A stretch of DNA of 64,000 nucleotides from Flavobacteriales bacterium (GTDB taxonomy: Bacteria > Bacteroidota > Bacteroidia > Flavobacteriales_F > PHOS-HE28), in the NCBI GenBank assembly GCA_016788205.1, contig JAEUTA010000013.1, positions 5,798-69,797 of the forward strand, written 5' to 3'. The translations under genes and the position numbers were made by a program. The notes beneath the pieces are model-generated. The model had not been told where the DNA came from and made no database searches. It saw only the letters and a list, made by a program, of their open reading frames with translations. Below, piece after piece: positions 8,828 through 19,900 of the stretch (position 1 is the first letter of the stretch; the number at the start of each line of letters is the position of its first letter).

Positions 8828-11197
8828 TTACTTCACGAGCAGCAGCTTCGTGTTGCACTTGAAGGTACCCGTGATATCGCTTGCGAACACCAGATAGACC
8901 CCAGTGGCGGCGCGACGACCGCTCATATCGTTGCCGTCCCATATGGCCTGGCCACCGAGAGAGGTAGTACGAAAGACCAGGTTGCCGCTCACGTCGGTGA
9001 TCTTCACTTCACTGTCGCGCACCAGACCGGTGATGGCGATCGGTCCCGAGTACGTTTCGCGCGCGGGATTCGGGAATACGCTGACGCATTCACTCTCATC
9101 ACCTCCTTCTGTGGCATCGCCCCGGTAGCTCATGATACCCCGATCCGTTGCCATGTACACCTCGCCGGTGAGACCATCCACGGCGACAGAAACGATGTTG
9201 TTGCTCGGCAGCGGACTGTTCTCCGCTGTGAAATGCAGGATCTGCTCCTGCCCATCGGCCGAGATGAGATAAATACCGCTGGTCTGTGTACCGATCCACT
9301 TGCGATTGGCTCCGTCCACCACAATGGCCGATATCGCTTCCGTCTCCAACAGGATCTGCACATTGCCGTCCTGCTCGATCAGAATCTGCTCGGCATCGAA
9401 CTCTTCTCCGGAGAATACCACCTCCGGCGAATAGAACAAGGCAAGCCCCCGGCTCGTCCCCACCCAAACCTGTCCTTCTCGGTCCTCGGCGATGGAGTAG
9501 ACATCGGGGGCCGGCAACCCACCTCGGCCGGTCTGATTGGTGACCAGCACGTAACGATCATCATCCGTGTTCCCGAGCGAAGTTCCACTGTCGAATACGA
9601 GTAGACCATTCCCGCGTGGGCGGATGACCCACTTATAACCGTTCCGGGCCGCCAGGATATCCGCTATCAAAGCGTTGCCGCCAAGGGTGGAGCCCGGGTC
9701 GAACGTATGCCACTCTCCTTCCTTGGTCCGCGCAACGATGGGAGTGGCCGATTTCGCGTTGCTCATCCAGAGCGTCCCCTCCTCATCGTAATCAAGCCCC
9801 GAAACGTACAGACGTCCTTGGTAAGGGTTAACATCTTCAGAAAGAGAGCTGTTCGATGCGTTGAGAATGGCCACCGGAGCTCCATCTCGGATCTCCAGCA
9901 AACCCTCGTCCCAACTGCCCACGAACGCATGCCGGGGATCATCCGGATCGATCGCCACGGAGATGGGATCGTTGAGGGCTCCACCGAACTCGTTCACTCC
10001 GTTCATCAGCGGATACCTGCTCCGCTCCAGTGTTTTCCATGCACCATCCTGGAACAGATGTACGCCATCCTTCAAGAAGGTATTGTCCCAGGTGCCCGTT
10101 ACCGCACCGGTGGCAACGTACACCGAACCTTGATCACTGGCCAGTCGCCACGACGTAGCCGTTCTTGGCCCATTGGGCAATACCGCCGTGGCTTCCGTGC
10201 CTCCGGGGGCCCTTACCAAACCTTGAGATCGATCCGCCACCCACACGAATCCCGAGAATAACCGGATCGCTTGTGACGGGTCGCAATACTGTCCCAAGTA
10301 TCCGTAGATGAAGCCGATCTCCACGAGCTGTTGATCGTAGACGTGGATATCCCCACCGTGCGGAATGACGACGAAGAGCCCATCTGCGGAGACCTTCATG
10401 TCGCGATTGACCCGGTCATACAACGGGGTGAAGCGGGTCCAGGTATCGTTCTGTTCCAGCACCAATAGTGTATCACCACCACTGCCCGAGGTACGCTGCG
10501 CGTTCAACAACAGTCGTCCACCGAACGTGGTCACGCAGTTGAAGGGCCCGTTGGAGAGCGACGCGCCCATGTCCACCCGTTTGGTCCAGCTCGTGAAAGA
10601 AGCCAGATTGGCAGCCGAACGGGAAGCAGTGAAGAGGCCCGTGCCACAAGCCGCATAGATCGAATCCTGCGTCATCGCGATGCCATTAACCCGTACTTGG
10701 GAGCCAGAAGGCCCGATGAACCACGTTTCCCGCACCTCCCGGGCCGCCAGATCCAATACGACGATGCCGAAGCCACAGCCCAGATATGCCCTGGTACCCA
10801 GCATCGCTACACTGTAGATACCCTTGTTGCCGATGATGGAACTACGCTTGATGTCGCCGATGTTCCAACTGGTCCCGTCCTTCACCAGGTCGATGTCGCC
10901 ATTGGAGTAGTAGACCAGCAGCGTGCCCAGCTCATCATTCCAAGCCAGACCCTGGATGCCCACGTCGTTGAGCACATTGGTCTTGTTCAATAGGTCGATC
11001 TCTTCACTCACTGGATCGTACCGGAAAACAGCCGTCGTGGAGGCGGCATAAATACCACCACCACCCTCTACCACTGCGATCAGGTTCGTATAGGGAAGGT
11101 GCGCCTGCCATTGGCCTATGGCACTGCGCTCCTGCGCGGACAGGCGTATGGGTGCCGAACACCAGAGTAGGAACAGGAATAACAGGTTACGTTGCAT
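8828..11197 (-). CDS. T9SS-secreted protein with two-component-regulator-propeller (Reg_prop-like) beta-propeller repeats and a C-terminal T9SS sorting domain. The architecture resembles PorZ.
   Basis: The C-terminal about 80 aa (VFPNPARETYS...GVYLVFASDITGTFKCNTKLLLVK) match the Por_Secre_tail/TIGR04183 CTD. Upstream are repeated propeller-blade-like segments. The start was trimmed to the Met before the signal peptide MQRNLLFLFLLWCSAPIRLSAQ. Confidence 0.6.
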   Translation of the reverse strand: MQRNLLFLFLLWCSAPIRLSAQERSAIGQWQAHLPYTNLIAVVEGGGGIYAASTTAVFRYDPVSEEIDLLNKTNVLNDVGIQGLAWNDELGTLLVYYSNGDIDLVKDGTSWNIGDIKRSSIIGNKGIYSVAMLGTRAYLGCGFGIVVLDLAAREVRETWFIGPSGSQVRVNGIAMTQDSIYAACGTGLFTASRSAANLASFTSWTKRVDMGASLSNGPFNCVTTFGGRLLLNAQRTSGSGGDTLLVLEQNDTWTRFTPLYDRVNRDMKVSADGLFVVIPHGGDIHVYDQQLVEIGFIYGYLGQYCDPSQAIRLFSGFVWVADRSQGLVRAPGGTEATAVLPNGPRTATSWRLASDQGSVYVATGAVTGTWDNTFLKDGVHLFQDGAWKTLERSRYPLMNGVNEFGGALNDPISVAIDPDDPRHAFVGSWDEGLLEIRDGAPVAILNASNSSLSEDVNPYQGRLYVSGLDYDEEGTLWMSNAKSATPIVARTKEGEWHTFDPGSTLGGNALIADILAARNGYKWVIRPRGNGLLVFDSGTSLGNTDDDRYVLVTNQTGRGGLPAPDVYSIAEDREGQVWVGTSRGLALFYSPEVVFSGEEFDAEQILIEQDGNVQILLETEAISAIVVDGANRKWIGTQTSGIYLISADGQEQILHFTAENSPLPSNNIVSVAVDGLTGEVYMATDRGIMSYRGDATEGGDESECVSVFPNPARETYSGPIAITGLVRDSEVKITDVSGNLVFRTTSLGGQAIWDGNDMSGRRAATGVYLVFASDITGTFKCNTKLLLVK

Positions 11198-11364
11198 GCG
11201 ACGGATCTCAACCTTGCTCACAACGCAAGTGTGCTGCGATCGGTATGGGCCAAGGTACGCCCCTGCGATGATCCTGAGAGCGAAGCACCGCACGGGATAG
11301 GACCAACGAACGCTCCGGCCGGGAAAAGTGAACGCCCCGACATGGTCGGGGCGTTACTTCTTCG

Positions 11365-11435
11365 AGGTCGCGTGCGGATTCGAACCGCAGTAGCAGCTTT
11401 TGCAGAGCTGTGCCTAGCCACTCGGCCACGCGACC
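11365..11435 (-). tRNA. tRNA-Cys (anticodon GCA).
   Basis: The reverse complement reads GGTCGCGTGGCCGAGTGGCTAGGCACAGCTCTGCAAAAGCTGCTACTGCGGTTCGAATCCGCACGCGACC plus the discriminator. It has a 7-bp acceptor stem, a GTTCGAATC T-loop and a CT-GCA-AA anticodon loop. CCA is not encoded. Confidence 0.85.
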
Positions 11436-11486
11436 ATCAAACGGCCCGCGAAGATAGGTGCTTACAACTTCTCACCGAAGCGGTGG

Positions 11487-11837
11487 TCAACCCTCCACTG
11501 TATAAACAGCTTCTTCCACATCCCCGTGGATGGGTGGACGTAGCTTGACCAATCGAACTCGCCAGCGATAAGGTTTCTCCCATTGCCGCTTTAGCGATCG
11601 CAGGATCCGTTCCGCAACATGCTCGATAAGGGCGCTCCGGACGGACATCTCCTCGTGCACGATAGCCGTCACACGTCCATAATCCACCGTATGCCGCAGG
11701 TCATCCGAGCGTTCCGCCTCCGAGAGGTCGCCTTCTATGCGGACATCGATCCTGTAACGTCCACCGATGCGCGCTTCTTCCTCCAAACAGCCATGGTAGG
11801 CGAACACATTTATCCCTTTGACCTCGATCACGCCCAT
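11487..11837 (-). CDS. folB: Dihydroneopterin aldolase.
   Basis: 116 aa. The N-terminus VKGINVFAYHGCLEEE is the FolB signature (x-G-L-x-x-YAYHG). The start overlaps the gltX stop by 10 nt. Confidence 0.8.
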   Translation of the reverse strand: MGVIEVKGINVFAYHGCLEEEARIGGRYRIDVRIEGDLSEAERSDDLRHTVDYGRVTAIVHEEMSVRSALIEHVAERILRSLKRQWEKPYRWRVRLVKLRPPIHGDVEEAVYTVEG

Positions 11838-13363
11838 GACGCACAGTGCTGCAAACCGGCCTTGAGACGCGCAACGACCTCCTCCTTACCAAGCAGGGCA
11901 CTAACATCGAACATGCCGGGACCCTGCATGCGTCCGGCCACAAAGAGGCGGTAGATCGGCATCAGTTGACCCACCTTCAATCCTTGTTGTTGCAGCACCC
12001 CGTTGAAGGCTCCCTCCAACTCGGCAGCGGAGAAGGTCGAGAGATCCGCCAAAGCGCGGATGTAGGCTTCGATCGCCGGCGCGGCCTCGGGCTTCCAGCG
12101 TTTCCTCAGCTCTTCTTCGCTTGCACCACTCCCGGTCAACGGTGAGCCGGAGGTGAACAGGTAAGCCCCCTCCAACATGTCTTCGACGAAGGTGGCGCGC
12201 TCCTTCAAAAGCTCGGCGGCTTTCGTAGCGCGTTCAAGTGTACTGTCCACCCCTTGTCGCCCCAAACGCTCCTGCAGCTGGGCGCCCAACTCCGCGGCTG
12301 GCCGCTTCCGCAGGTATTGCTGGTTGAACCACTTCGTCTTCTCAGGGTCGAATTTGGCGCCGCCTTTGTGCACACGCTCCAAGTCGAAAAGCTGAGTAAG
12401 CTCGTCCAAGCTCATGATCTCCTGGTCCGTTCCCGGATTCCATCCGAGCAGCGCGAGCATATTTATGAAGGCTTCCGGGTAGTAGCCCTTTTCACGGTAG
12501 CCACTGCTCTTCTCCTTGCTCACGGGATCCACCCAATCCAAGGAGAACACCGGGAAGCCGAGCCGATCCCCATCCCGCTTGCTGAGCTTGCCGTTGCCGT
12601 CCGGCTTCAAGATCAAGGGAAGGTGCGCAAAGGCCGGCCGCTCCCATCCGAACGCCTCGTAGATCAGAACATGCAATGGCGCGCTGGGCAGCCATTCCTC
12701 ACCCCGGATGACATGGGTGATACGCATGAGATGATCATCCACGATGTTGGCCAGATGATAGGTCGGCATCCCGTCGCTCTTAAAAAGCACCTTATCGTCG
12801 ATGTTCGCACTGTGCACGACCACCCAGCCACGAACGATGTCCTCGAAGCGCACTTCGACATGGCGGGGCACTTTTAGCCGGATCACATACTGATCCCCGC
12901 GAGCGAGCCGCTCCGTTACCTCGTCCGCGCTCAGTGTAAGCGAGTTCTTCATGTGCTCGCGCGTAACGGCATTGTAGGCCGGAGCGGCAACACCCGCCGC
13001 CTGTAATCGCGCACGCATGGCCTCGAGTTCCTCCGGAGTGTCAAAAGCGTAGTACGCCTTGTCCTTGGCGATCAACTCGTCGGCATACTGCTTATAAAGG
13101 TCCTTGCGGTCGCTTTGGCGATACGGCCCGTCGGGACCACCCACCCATGGACTCTCATCGGGTAACAGACCGCACCACTCCAAGCTCTCCTTGATGTACT
13201 GTTCCGCACCTGGGACATACCGGGTCTGGTCGGTATCCTCGATACGAAGCAGGAATTGCCCGCCATGCTTGCGAGCGAACAGGTAGTTGTAAAGGGCGGT
13301 ACGTACACCGCCCATATGAAGGGGGCCGGTGGGGCTTGGTGCGAAACGGACTCGAACGGACAT
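11828..13363 (-). CDS. gltX: Glutamate--tRNA ligase.
   Basis: HIGH-region block RFAPSPTGPLHMGGVRTALYNYLFARKHGGQFLLRIEDTD and the KMSKS region LSKR. The start was trimmed to the Met preceding SVRVRFAPSPTG; the track ORF carries a 12-aa extension. Confidence 0.9.
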   Translation of the reverse strand: MSVRVRFAPSPTGPLHMGGVRTALYNYLFARKHGGQFLLRIEDTDQTRYVPGAEQYIKESLEWCGLLPDESPWVGGPDGPYRQSDRKDLYKQYADELIAKDKAYYAFDTPEELEAMRARLQAAGVAAPAYNAVTREHMKNSLTLSADEVTERLARGDQYVIRLKVPRHVEVRFEDIVRGWVVVHSANIDDKVLFKSDGMPTYHLANIVDDHLMRITHVIRGEEWLPSAPLHVLIYEAFGWERPAFAHLPLILKPDGNGKLSKRDGDRLGFPVFSLDWVDPVSKEKSSGYREKGYYPEAFINMLALLGWNPGTDQEIMSLDELTQLFDLERVHKGGAKFDPEKTKWFNQQYLRKRPAAELGAQLQERLGRQGVDSTLERATKAAELLKERATFVEDMLEGAYLFTSGSPLTGSGASEEELRKRWKPEAAPAIEAYIRALADLSTFSAAELEGAFNGVLQQQGLKVGQLMPIYRLFVAGRMQGPGMFDVSALLGKEEVVARLKAGLQHCASWA

Positions 13364-13468
13364 GCTTGCGATCGTTCTGCGGACCATAGCAACGGACACG
13401 TTACGTGCCGAGCATGGTGCTCACAAATGAGGCGCGAAGGTAACGGGGGGCGACCGAGACGGACCGGC

Positions 13469-13795
13469 CTACAATTGAACGCCCTTCACCAGGAGTTTTT
13501 GCCACGCCGTATGCCTGCGCAAGTAGGTCTTCACGTAGGGGCAGTACGGGACCAGCTTCATGTTCCGTGACTCCACCCAAGTGAGCACCTTTTCCGTGAG
13601 CACTGCAGCCACATCATGGCCTTCTATCGCAGGTGGAACCAGCAGATGGGTGAGGAATATCCGGTCCGGTGTACGATCGTACTCCATTCGCGCCCTGTGG
13701 CCACCGACCACCAGCACGAACTGGCGGGACTCTTCTTCGTCGACCAACGGGAGGGCGGTAAGGTCGGCCGGAATGGTGTTGGTTCTCGTCGGCAT
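13469..13795 (-). CDS. Small GNAT-like acetyltransferase (Acetyltransf_CG / YjdJ-like, about 108 aa).
   Basis: The C-terminal 108 aa (EESRQFVLVVGGHRARMEYDRTPDRIFLTHLLVPPAIEGHDVAAVLTEKVLTWVESRNMKLVPYCPYVKTYLRRHTAWQKLL) match the short GNAT family that carries the conserved C-x-[FY]-V motif. The 143-aa upstream extension in track ORF 13469..14224 has no similarity and is probably not coding. Confidence 0.65.
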   Translation of the reverse strand: MPTRTNTIPADLTALPLVDEEESRQFVLVVGGHRARMEYDRTPDRIFLTHLLVPPAIEGHDVAAVLTEKVLTWVESRNMKLVPYCPYVKTYLRRHTAWQKLLVKGVQL

Positions 13796-14102
13796 GATTC
13801 GGGCCGCAAAGGTACGGCCACTGCGGGCTACTCCAATGTCGCAACACCCTCCTTCAGCACACGGGACCTCTTGTTCGAGCTCCGTTTCCCACAACGGCAG
13901 GCCGGCAGGGCGCCACACCGGAGAGGAAAAGATGTCCGGCGATGCTGTCCTTGAAGAATCGGAATGGGCCACGCAGTACGACTCTACTTTTTCGCTGGAT
14001 CCGCTGTTCGCCACTCGGCCCAGTTGATCGCCGAAGCACTGAAACGCCTTGCCATTGAAACTCCGGAAAACCCCACGCCTCGGGCGTAGCGCGCTGCCCC
14101 TA

Positions 14103-14927
14103 CTAAAAGTTGAGGGTAGCGCTGAGGAACGGCAGACCCACCGCAGTGATCTTCCGGGTGTATTCCTTGTCGTACGCCAACCCAAGATCCATGGCGAGAT
14201 CGTTACCAATGATGCGGATGCCATAGCTGTGTGCGAGGAACGAGCGGTCTGGGTCGGAAAAGATCCAGTGCTCGGTGATGAACATCACATTGGCGAACAC
14301 GCGCATGCCGCCGTTGATGTTCAATAGCGGACCTCGTCCAAGATCCTGTCCGTTGTGCATGATACCGGCCGCTACCGTTAGCTGGTTGTCCTTGTTGCCA
14401 ATGGTGACCATGCCCAAGGCCGTGGCGAATCCCGGGGGCACATCAACACCCTCTGGTGTTTCCACGCCGATAGGTACGCGCGTGTTCAAATAAGTGACCG
14501 AAGCACCTAAATGCACCAATTCCGACACGCTGCCGCAGACCTGCATGCGTCCCGAGTACACGGGTCCACCACTGCGTGCCCGGATCAGCGATACCAAGTC
14601 CAATGAGCCAGCTACGGAAAGGTTCTGTGTAAGCCCATACGCCACGGTGTTCAAGGAGACCATCGTGTTCTTGTAGAACCCCGTGTTCTTCTTCAGGGGA
14701 ATGGCCGAGAACGAAACGAAGTAGTGTGAGCCGTACGTGTTATTAGAGCGCTTGATCCGTGATGTGCCGAGACGCTTTCCAATGCCGATCAATGACCGAC
14801 CGTACCTCACCTCCTGCTCGGAGCCTTTGTTCCATGCCTGCGCCTCGGGCAGCAAGCCCAAGCAAAGAAGCACGAGCAATACGTTCCTGAGACGAGGTAA
14901 TGAAGGGTAGTTCGATATCATCGACAT
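14103..14927 (-). CDS. Hypothetical outer-membrane beta-barrel protein.
   Basis: Signal peptide MSMISNYPSLPRLRNVLLVLLCLGLLPEAQAW. Alternating hydrophobic beta-strand pattern and a C-terminal aromatic residue (..LSATLNF). The start was trimmed from track ORF 15122. Confidence 0.5.
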   Translation of the reverse strand: MSMISNYPSLPRLRNVLLVLLCLGLLPEAQAWNKGSEQEVRYGRSLIGIGKRLGTSRIKRSNNTYGSHYFVSFSAIPLKKNTGFYKNTMVSLNTVAYGLTQNLSVAGSLDLVSLIRARSGGPVYSGRMQVCGSVSELVHLGASVTYLNTRVPIGVETPEGVDVPPGFATALGMVTIGNKDNQLTVAAGIMHNGQDLGRGPLLNINGGMRVFANVMFITEHWIFSDPDRSFLAHSYGIRIIGNDLAMDLGLAYDKEYTRKITAVGLPFLSATLNF

Positions 14928-15138
14928 CCGCGGTAAGACGTGGTCCCTCGGGACCGGATGCCTGTTCTGGTTCGCCGGTCGAGCCGTTGAAGATAGGCCG
15001 GGGTTGCTTTCTTCGTCGCCGCTCTTGAACTTTCCCTCCTTCCAAGCACCCCGAACGCGTACCTCGACGTCACTCCCACTAGATGGCCGTTCACCCGCCT
15101 TCTTTAGCGCAACCCGCCACACACCCCGACCCGCTGCG

Positions 15139-16797
15139 ATGAAACACCACTACGCCACCTTCGTCTCCCTGCTTCTTTCGGCCTCAACATCCCTTGCACA
15201 GGGAGGCGGATGCATCCCTCCAACGGCACTCTTCTCCACCACGGATGGCGATCTCGCCAGGATCTGCCAGGGCGACGTGGTGGGCGTCAATGCTGACGCC
15301 AGTTCGGCAGCCCCCGGCCATACCATCTCGTCCTGGATCTGGCACGTAGCGGCCGAACGTGACACCATGGAGATCGCCTTGGCCGTCTTCAGCTTCGCTG
15401 ACCCGGGCGTATATGAGATCTCGTTGGAGGTGATCGACGAGGTCGGCTGTAGTAGCGGTGAAAGTGACCCGGTGCATGTTCTTGTAAGCGCAACACCCGA
15501 TTTTACCGGCACCCTCGTGCCTGCTCTGGCATGTGAAGGTCAATCCGTCGCGCTCCAAGCTGTCGCTCAACAACCGCTCATGATCGGCGATGCCGTGGCC
15601 TGCACACCACCGACCAATGGCATACCCTTGATAGACGACCCGGCCCCGTCCATATCGTTGCTTCAAGTGAGCGGACAGCCCAATGGTGTCCTATCCGAGA
15701 TCGCCGCACTAGGTGACATCTGTGTGGAGCTGGAGCACTCGTACGTGGGCGACCTGGTGCTTACCGTGGCCTGTCCCAACGGCCAATCCGTTGTCCTGCA
15801 CGAGCAGGGCGGAGGAGGTACGTTCCTTGGTGATGCGAACGATGACGATGGTTCGCAGATCGTTCCGGGCGGTTGTTTCCAATACTGCTTCGGCCTTTCG
15901 CCAGAGAACGGAACGCTAGCCGCCTCTGTCGGGGTCAATACCGTTCCTGTCAGTCAAGGAACCGCTCTGGCCGCCGGGCGTTATGCCAGTGTTCAGCCAC
16001 TGACACAACTGCTTGGCTGCCCGCTGAACGGAACTTGGACGTTCTCTTCTTCGGACATGTTCGGTTCTGACAATGGATACCTCTGTGGTTGGTGCATCTC
16101 GTTCGGAGAGCAACCGGACAGCTCTTTCATCGATCAAGGACCCGTACTGGGCAGCAGCGCTGATTCCAGCTACTGGAGCGGTCCGGGGATCACCAATGGA
16201 ACCGACGCTAGCGCCATACTAGACCCGGTCGTCGGCGGGCAAGTGTTGACCTATACCGTGCTGGACAGCTATGGTTGTGAACATGAGGCCTCATTCCCCA
16301 TTCTGGTCGGGGCCACCCCGCAGGTCGAGATAATCGAGAACACGGAGCTCGGACTCGTGTGCGCACAACCCTCCGGCGAGTTCACCTACCAGTGGAGCTA
16401 CCTCAACAACGTGGTGGTAGGTGCGGCTGGCGCTTGCTTCACCCCCCCGGGGCCCGGCTCGGTCTCCGTTGTGGTCACTTCGGCGGAAGGCTGCACCGGA
16501 TCAGCGAGTTCGGTAAGCACCGGGGTGCGGATGGCCGGCGGAGCTTCGCACGGAACGGTAGCGGTATACCCCGATCCGAACGACGGCACGTTCACGCTAA
16601 GATCCGTCGACATGAACGCTAGAACACCCTTGCTACGCTTGATGGATATGACGGGGCGCGTTGTCGCGGAGCAGCGCCTGAGCGACCTCTTCGCCGGTGC
16701 AGTTGTCCAGGTCCAATTCAACGTAGCACCCGGGACCTACCTGCTGGATCTCTCCGGGAACGCTATGCGCTGGAACCATCGTATCGTTGTTGAATAG
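15139..16797 (+). CDS. T9SS-secreted protein with a proprotein-convertase P-domain-like region and a C-terminal T9SS sorting domain.
   Basis: Signal peptide MKHHYATFVSLLLSASTSLAQ. The internal block CVELEHSYVGDLVLTVACPNGQSVVLHEQGGGG resembles the P/Homo-B domain. The C-terminal about 80 aa (VAVYPDPNDGTFTLRS...GTYLLDLSGN) match the T9SS CTD. Confidence 0.6.
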   Translation: MKHHYATFVSLLLSASTSLAQGGGCIPPTALFSTTDGDLARICQGDVVGVNADASSAAPGHTISSWIWHVAAERDTMEIALAVFSFADPGVYEISLEVIDEVGCSSGESDPVHVLVSATPDFTGTLVPALACEGQSVALQAVAQQPLMIGDAVACTPPTNGIPLIDDPAPSISLLQVSGQPNGVLSEIAALGDICVELEHSYVGDLVLTVACPNGQSVVLHEQGGGGTFLGDANDDDGSQIVPGGCFQYCFGLSPENGTLAASVGVNTVPVSQGTALAAGRYASVQPLTQLLGCPLNGTWTFSSSDMFGSDNGYLCGWCISFGEQPDSSFIDQGPVLGSSADSSYWSGPGITNGTDASAILDPVVGGQVLTYTVLDSYGCEHEASFPILVGATPQVEIIENTELGLVCAQPSGEFTYQWSYLNNVVVGAAGACFTPPGPGSVSVVVTSAEGCTGSASSVSTGVRMAGGASHGTVAVYPDPNDGTFTLRSVDMNARTPLLRLMDMTGRVVAEQRLSDLFAGAVVQVQFNVAPGTYLLDLSGNAMRWNHRIVVE

Positions 16798-16958
16798 CCG
16801 GATCGGAGATCGCGCAGAGGCGATGTCAGCGTTCCCGGCAACTGATACATGGATCGAACCGCACTGGTACCAGCGTGTACGGCTCGTCATCCCCTGCACG
16901 CTGCCTTAGCTTTGTTCCGCAACACTCGCTTCGGCATGGCCGTTGAGGGCAGTCACCC

Positions 16959-19900
16959 ATGAACCCGGCTCAGGACCAGCTTATCGCCAAGCTAGACGCT
17001 TTCATACGCAAGTACTACAAGGACCGCGTGATCCGTGGCATGTTGTACAGCGTGGGCCTGATCATTGCGTTCTTCCTGACCGCGGCTTTGCTCGAGTATT
17101 TCGGGCGATTCGGCACCGGGACGCGTACGGGGCTTTTTTGGGCCACGTTGGTGGCCACGATAGCCGTTGTCACCCGGTTCATAGCCGTTCCGATGATGAA
17201 GCTCTTCCGGCTGGGCACCGTGATCTCGCATGAAGAGGCCGCCCGCATCATAGGCACCCACTTCGGCGACGTACAGGACAAGTTGGTGAATACGCTGCAG
17301 CTGCGCGGCATGGCTGCTGCCCAGCCCCAGCAACGCGAGTTGATCGAGGCCGCCATCGCTCAGCGAAGCCGCGAATTGGGACCGGTGCCTTTTGTCAATG
17401 CCATTGACCTGCGGAACAACAAGCGCTATCTGCGCTACGCTCTTCCTCCGCTGGCGGTTCTTTTGATACTGCTCTTTGCCGCCCCAAGTCTGCTCACCGG
17501 TCCCACCAAGCGCCTCATAGCCCACGGCAGTGAGTTCATTCCCGAAGCACCGTTCCGCTTCATCCTGATCTCCGACACGCTCCAGGTTCCCGAGGGTCAG
17601 GATCATGAGATCCTCTTAAGCATAGAGGGAGCTGCCATTCCGCAGCAAGTGGACCTGGAGGTTGATGGCCAACGCATACCGTTGGTGAAAAAGGACGGTA
17701 CCCATTTCACCCATCGGTTCCGCAACGTACAGCAACCCATCGAGTTCCGTTTCTCGGCCGAAGGATTCAACTCGGAGAATTACATCCTGCGCACCATCCC
17801 CGACCCCCTGCTGCTTGATTTCAGTTTGGCGATGGAGTATCCGGCCTATCTCGGCAAGCCGAACGGAACGGTCAACAATACCGGCGATATCACCATACCG
17901 GCCGGAACGCGCATCACGTGGAACGTGAACGCTCGCAGTGCCGACGGCCTTGATCTTGCCTTCGACGACACCACGTTCGCGCTTGCACCGGTGGCCTCCG
18001 ACGGCTCACGCGGGAATTTCCGCAGTACGCGGCGCTTCCTTCAGAGCCATACGTACCGAATGAACCCGCGGAACGGCGATCGTTCAGCCCGTGATCCATT
18101 GCAGTACCGGGTTGAAGTGGTCCCTGACCTTTATCCGACCATCGTGGTTGAGACGCGAACGGACAGCACGGCTCTGAAGCGTCTTTTCTACCACGGGGAT
18201 CTTGGGGACGACCACGGCTTCAAGAGACTCCTGTTCCACTATCGTTTCGTGAACGGTGGCGACAGCGTGCCAGCCGAGTTGCGGAGCGGAGTGAAAGAAC
18301 TACCGCTGGACACGCGTAACACGCGGCAAGAGTTCTTCCATAGCTGGGACGTGTACGGCTTCGCGATCAACCCTGGCGATAAGATCGAGCACTGGTTCGA
18401 AGTCTGGGATAACGACGGTGTCAATGGTAGCAAGAGCGCTCGCAGCACCCCGCAGGTGTTCGCCGCCCCCACACTGAAAGAACTCGCCCGGCAGGAAGAG
18501 CAGCAGAGCGATGCCATCAAGAGCGACTTGAAGCAGAATATCAAGGAGGCCCATGACCTACAGAAGGAGTTGGACAAACTGCGCCGCGATCTGCTGGAGA
18601 AAAAGGACGTTAGCTGGCAGGATAAACAAAAGCTGGAGAACGTAATGCAGCGCCAGCAACAACTTCAGGAGGAGATCGAGAAGAGCACCGAGCAGCTGAG
18701 GCAGAGCCAGCAGCGGCAACAGGAATTCCGACCGCAGGACGAGCGCCTGTTGGAAAAGCAGAAGCAGGTCCAAGAACTTTTCGAGAACGTGCTCAGCGAG
18801 GAGATGAAGGAGTTGTACCGTCAGGTTCAGGAATTGATGGAGCAGATGGACAAGGAGAAGCTACAGGAACAGCTCCAGGAGATGAAGATGGACCAGGAGG
18901 ACATCGAGAAGGAGCTGGACCGTGCGCTGGAGACTTTCAAGCGCATGGAGGTCGAACAGAAAGCCGAGGATATCGCCAAGCAACTTGAAGAGTTGGCCGA
19001 CAAGCAGGAAAAGCTCGCCGAAGAGAACGGACTGGGCAAGACCGATCAGGAAGTGATGAAGCAGCGGCAGGAGGAGTTGAACAAGGAGATGGAGGACCTG
19101 CGGAAGCAATTGGACGAGCTCGAGAAGAAGAACAGCGAGCTGGAAGAGCCCATGGACGTTCCAAAGACGGATGAACAGGAACAAGAGATCCAGAACGAAC
19201 AAGAGAAGAGCAGTGACGAGCTGGACAAGAAGCAGAACAAGAAGGCCAGCGGATCACAGAAGAACGCAGCAGAGAAGATGGACCAGCTGGCCTTCCAGAT
19301 GAAGAGCAGCATGGAGAGCGGCGCCCAGGAGCAACAAGAAGAGGACATGGACGCCTTGCGCCAGCTCCTGGAGAACATCGTCCAGCTAAGTTTCGACGAA
19401 GAACGGCTGATGAACGATGTGACCACCACCACGACCAAGGATCCCCGCTTCATTGAGCAGGGCCGCACACAGCGAAAGCTGCGAGATGATGCGAAGGTGA
19501 TCGAAGACTCCCTTTTCGCCTTGAGCAAACGTGTGCCACAGCTGGAGAGCATCGTGAACCGTGAAATGAACGCCGTGAACGGAAATATGGACGAGGCGCT
19601 ACGTTTCATGGGCGATGCACGTGCCAACGAGCGCTCCAAACCCATGGCGGCCGACAAGCAGCAGCACGCCATGACCAGCCTGAACAATCTCGCACTCCTG
19701 CTGGATGAGGCCCTACAGCAGATGATGGCCCAGATGAACGCCCAGAGCAAGCCGGGAAGTGGGAACTGTAAGAAGCCAGGGGGCTCCGGGGCAAAGCCGG
19801 GGGACAAGGCTAAAATGGCCAAGATGAAGGCCAACCAACAGTCTCTTCAAAAACAATTGGAGGAAATGCGCAAGGCCATGGAAAAGGGACAGAAGCCTGG

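Noticed and set aside
11341-11440. The region around tRNA-Cys as a possible integration hotspot
   Set aside because: No integrase, direct repeat of the tRNA 3' end, or foreign-looking genes on either side. Flanking genes are a PorZ-like cargo gene and folB/gltX.
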